A DNA stretch of 64,000 bases from Rhizobium sp. Q54 (lineage in GTDB: Bacteria > Pseudomonadota > Alphaproteobacteria > UBA2966 > CAIVPW01). The translations under genes were made by a program, and so were the position numbers. Positions 59,419 to 64,000 of the stretch are shown piece after piece. Below the pieces are notes generated by a model. That model did no database searches, was not told the origin of the DNA, and saw only the letters and a program-made list of their open reading frames with translations. Numbering within the stretch: position 1 is the first letter of the stretch; each line of letters begins with the position of its first letter. The stretch lies in assembly GCA_945947575.1 (NCBI GenBank), contig CAMEYM010000001.1, positions 94,582-158,581 on the forward strand. Reading direction: 5' to 3'.

Positions 59419-60174
59419 CTAACGGGACGCATAGCCTGAGTTGCGTAAGTAGTTTTCGCGTTCGGTGGGAGAGTATGCGGCGAGGAGTTCGCCGATCTTG
59501 TCCCATAGCGCGGCGGTGGAGCGGGCTGCGGCTTTGCGCAAGAGCGCCTTGAGCTTGGCGAAGACCTGTTCGATCGGATTGAGGTCCGGCGAGTAGGGCG
59601 GCAAGTAGAGGAGGTGAGCGCCGACGCGCTCGATGGCTTGGCGCACGCCCTCGACCTTGTGGGAGCTCAGGTTGTCCATGACGACGATGTCGCCGGGACG
59701 AAGCGCCGGCGCCAGGCAGCGCTCGACGTAGGTCCTGAAGATAACCCCGTTCATCGCCTGCTCGATGACGAACGGAGCGGTGATCTCGTTGCAGCGCAGG
59801 CCGGCGACGAAGGTCGTGGTCTTCCAGTAGCTATGCGGCGCTCGGCCGATCAGCCGCTCGCCGCGGCGGCAGCGACCACGCAGCGGCGCCATGTTGGTAG
59901 CAGTGCCGGTCTCGTCGATGAAGACCAGCTTGGATGGGTCGAAGGCCGGCTGCCGCAGCCGCCAATAGGCCCGGGCGCGATCTACGTCATCGCGCAGCTG
60001 CTCGCTTGCGTGCGGCGTTTTTTTTGAAGCTGATGTCGTGGCGGTCGAAGAACTTCCACACCAGGCCGATGCTCGCCGACATGCCCCGCCCGCGCAGCCG
60101 CGCACGGATTTCCTCCAGTGTGATGTCGGGCTGGTCCCTGACCAAGCCAAGCAGCCAGTCAGTGTAGGGATCAA
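59419..60174 (-). CDS. IS630 transposase OrfB (DDE catalytic domain), expressed by programmed frameshift from OrfA
   Basis: VFIDETGTATNMAP ... VVMDNLSSHK ... YLPPYSPDLNPIEQVFAKLK (DDE). Confidence 0.8.
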   Translation of the reverse strand: MIPTLTGCLAWSGTSPTSHWRKSVRGCAGGACRRASAWCGSSSTATTSASKKTPHASEQLRDDVDRARAYWRLRQPAFDPSKLVFIDETGTATNMAPLRGRCRRGERLIGRAPHSYWKTTTFVAGLRCNEITAPFVIEQAMNGVIFRTYVERCLAPALRPGDIVVMDNLSSHKVEGVRQAIERVGAHLLYLPPYSPDLNPIEQVFAKLKALLRKAAARSTAALWDKIGELLAAYSPTERENYLRNSGYASR

Positions 60175-60361
60175 GCTTGGATCGCCGCCGCGCTCCTTGC
60201 GGCTTCGCGCTCACGCTGCCGGTGCGACGCCACAGCTGCAGCAGCTTCACGGCGCAACTCGCACTGACGCCGAACACCTTAGCCGCACCACGCCGCGTGG
60301 CACCAGCCTCTACCGCGCCTACGATCCGCTTCCGCAAGTCCTCAGAATACGGGTGTCCCAT
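59987..60361 (-). CDS. IS630 transposase OrfA (HTH DNA-binding part)
   Basis: MGHPYSEDLRKRIVGAVEAGATRRGAAKVFGVSASCAVKLL..., ending ...FKKNAARKRAAAR at the A8 frameshift site. Confidence 0.8.
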   Translation of the reverse strand: MGHPYSEDLRKRIVGAVEAGATRRGAAKVFGVSASCAVKLLQLWRRTGSVSAKPQGARRRSKLDPYTDWLLGLVRDQPDITLEEIRARLRGRGMSASIGLVWKFFDRHDISFKKNAARKRAAAR

Positions 60362-60452
60362 CTCGCTCCCCCGGCCGTGAGCCCCGAGATGGTTGAATCA
60401 CGATGCGGCGCGCTTGTGAATCCCTTCCGATTCACGTCAACCTGAAACCGCT

Positions 60453-61058
60453 CTAGCGCAGGGCGGCGACGACCCGCTCGCTGACGGCTGCGACGACCGC
60501 CGTCGCCTCCGCCCCGACTGTATCGATCAGACAGGCGCGGTCGCACGCATAGGGCAACGACCAGCGCATCGGTGACGTCCACTCCGCGTTGCCGAGCGTG
60601 CGGCCGTCGGCGCGGAACATCCGCACGGCGCCCCGGATGCCGGCGTTCTGTGCCTGCATGGTCGAATCGATCGGCGTCAGCATCGAGAACACCACCACCG
60701 CGTCGAGGCGGGCCTGTTGCCGCCGCGCCAGCTGCAGGATCTCGGTATCCGGGCGCTTTTCGTTGTCGAGCGCCGGGTTGGTCACCGAAACCGCGCGCCC
60801 GTCGTGCACCGTGAATCCGGCCGTGCGCAGCTGCGCCTCGAACGCCGTCAGAGCCTGCTCGAACACGCGGTTGCCGCGCGCCATGCCGCCCGGCAGCGCG
60901 TCGTCGGCAATCACCATGACGTTGTCGATGCTCGCTGTCGCCGCGGCCGGCGCCGGTGCTGTGGCCGGTGCCGGCACGCGCGGCTCCAGCAGGCGTGTGC
61001 CCACGAATCCCACGACGACCACCGCCACCGCGGCGCCGATCACTACTGCCAAACGCAT
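60453..61058 (-). CDS. Exported protein of unknown function, paralog A (flavodoxin-like alpha/beta pattern, C-terminal [13 protein letters not shown] motif)
   Basis: 201 aa from MRLAVVIGAAVAVVVVGF (signal/anchor). About 45% identical to the neighbouring paralog. Confidence 0.55.
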   Translation of the reverse strand: MRLAVVIGAAVAVVVVGFVGTRLLEPRVPAPATAPAPAAATASIDNVMVIADDALPGGMARGNRVFEQALTAFEAQLRTAGFTVHDGRAVSVTNPALDNEKRPDTEILQLARRQQARLDAVVVFSMLTPIDSTMQAQNAGIRGAVRMFRADGRTLGNAEWTSPMRWSLPYACDRACLIDTVGAEATAVVAAVSERVVAALR

Positions 61059-61117
61059 CCGTCGAGTCCCGCCAATTCTTACGCTCGCTACGGATACCAC
61101 TCCGCCAAGTGCGTCGG

Positions 61118-61735
61118 CTAGCGCGCCTCGCGCAGGGTCGCTGCCAGCCGCTCGCCGATGGTCGTGCCGACGGTAGGCGCTTCGGTGACCGTGGCTTCGA
61201 TCAGGCACGCTCGATCGCAGGCGTAGGGCAACGTCCAGCGCTGCGGCGAGGCCCAGTCGGCGTGGCCGAGGTCACCGCCATCGCTGGCGCGCAGCACGCG
61301 CGTCGTGCCGCGGATGCCGGCGTTCTGCGCCTGGATGGTGAACTCCTGGACCGTCAGCAGCGTGAACAGCACGACCGCATCGACCGGCTGCGGACGGCGC
61401 GCCAGCGCAACGATCTCCGCGTCGGACCGGCGCTCGTTGCCAAGCGCCGAATTGGTGACCGGGATGGCGCGCCCGTCGTGCACCTCGAAGCCCGACCGCC
61501 GCAGCTCGCTTTCCAGCGCGGCGAGGGCGGCATCAAGGACCGGGTTGCCGCGCGCAATGCTGGCGGCCACGCTGTCGTCCGTCACGACGATGACACGGTT
61601 GTTGAGCCGGGTGGCGGCCGGTGCCGGCGCGTTCGCTTGCGGCGGGCTCGCCTCGAACACGCCGCTGAGTTGCATAAGGCCAAGAACGGCGGCGACCGCG
61701 ACGGCCGCGCCCACCAGCACCACTCCGATACGCAT
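61118..61735 (-). CDS. Exported protein of unknown function, paralog B
   Basis: 205 aa. [20 protein letters not shown] ... [14 protein letters not shown]. Tandem duplicate of the preceding gene. Confidence 0.55.
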   Translation of the reverse strand: MRIGVVLVGAAVAVAAVLGLMQLSGVFEASPPQANAPAPAATRLNNRVIVVTDDSVAASIARGNPVLDAALAALESELRRSGFEVHDGRAIPVTNSALGNERRSDAEIVALARRPQPVDAVVLFTLLTVQEFTIQAQNAGIRGTTRVLRASDGGDLGHADWASPQRWTLPYACDRACLIEATVTEAPTVGTTIGERLAATLREAR

Positions 61736-61785
61736 TGGTTCCCGCGCGGGTCCCTAGCGAGTCACGCGCACCGCGCCGTCGCGCA

Positions 61786-63452
<1,667 letters not shown>

Positions 63453-63456
<4 letters not shown>

Positions 63457-64000
63457 GCCACGTTCTTTCGCGGATCGAAGGCGTCGCGCACGCCTTCGCC
63501 AATGAACACCAACAGCATGAGGAGCGAGCCCAGGGTGAGGAACGCGGTGAAGCCGAGCCACGGCGCGTGCAGGTTGTTGCGCGCCTGCAGCACCAGCTCA
63601 CCCAGAGACGGCGATCCCACGGGGAGGCCGTAGCCGATGAAGTCGAGGCCGGACAGCAGCGTCACCGATCCCGACAGCATGAACGGCAGCATGGTCATGG
63701 AGCTGACCATGGCATTCGGCAGGATGTGGCGCAGCATGACGACCCAGTCGGAGCAGCCCAGCGCGCGCGCCGCGCGCACGTAGTCGAAGTTGCGCGCCCG
63801 GATGAACTCGGTGCGCACCAGCCCGACCAAGCCCATCCAGCTCCATAACAGGAAGATGCCCAAGAGGACCATGAAGGTCGGGGTGATGACCGACGCGATG
63901 ATGATGATCACGTACAGCGTCGGCACCGACCCCCAGATCTCCATGAAGCGCTGGAAGTACAGGTCCCACCGCCCGCCCCAATAGCCTTGGGTGGCGCCGG
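63453..64000 (-). CDS. yejE: ABC transporter permease (DppC/YejE-like), C-terminal part; the gene continues beyond the window end
   Basis: The frame reads ...RARNFDYVRAARALGCSDWVVMLRHILPNAMVSSMTMLPF (EAA-loop region of binding-protein-dependent permeases). It overlaps the yejF start. Confidence 0.8.

Larger units (their letters stand above)
59403..60455 (-). mobile_element. IS630-family insertion sequence (about 1.05 kb) with TA target-site duplication
   Basis: Terminal inverted repeats gagcggtttcaSG at both ends, flanked by TA (59403-04 and 60454-55). Two overlapping transposase ORFs joined at an A8 slippery run (60018-60025 on +). Confidence 0.8.

Overview
This 64-kb window is a high-GC (about 68%) chromosomal segment that looks alphaproteobacterial, based on DUF1153, DUF1194 and DUF481 proteins, the flagellar gene context, and the thrS-infC-rpmI-rplT-pheS-pheT order. 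It is mostly housekeeping and cell-envelope genes: lptC-lptA-kdsD LPS genes, rnd, two tRNAs (Leu-CAG and Ser-GGA), uppP, queG, LPS-core glycosyltransferases, lepA, mreB, flgE, an ABC-F ATPase, an exopolysaccharide glycosyltransferase cluster, glgA, phoX, pncB, an M17 peptidase and a yejEF-like ABC importer. Several accessory features interrupt this backbone. (1) A low-GC (about 55%) islet between pheT and lepA carries an orphan DGQHR-motif (DndB-like, ParB-fold) protein and a 97-aa unknown partner, with no dnd, dpt or dpd genes anywhere in the window. It is flanked by a hairpin array, a decayed FtsX-like gene fragment and direct repeats, and is my top candidate for an undescribed defence or DNA-modification-sensing module. 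(2) An ArsR/SmtB-family regulator, a CDF transporter lacking the cytoplasmic domain and a small membrane protein sit inside the otherwise conserved infC-rpmI operon, with a textbook TGAACA-N2-TGTTCA operator. (3) An intact HlyD adaptor sits next to a type I secretion ABC gene that retains only its ATPase half and abuts the EPS glycosyltransferases, reminiscent of prsDE with pss. (4) An IS630-family element carries an A8 frameshift site, next to tandem paralogous secreted proteins. (5) A MoaD/ThiS-like Gly-Gly protein is adjacent to a BNR-repeat protein and an aldolase-Dabb fusion. (6) A 570-bp ORF-free stretch lies 3' of tRNA-Ser, beside an orphan mreB. infC uses the classical ATT start codon. 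Large arginine-rich ORFs in the six-frame track that run antisense to these genes are treated as GC artefacts.
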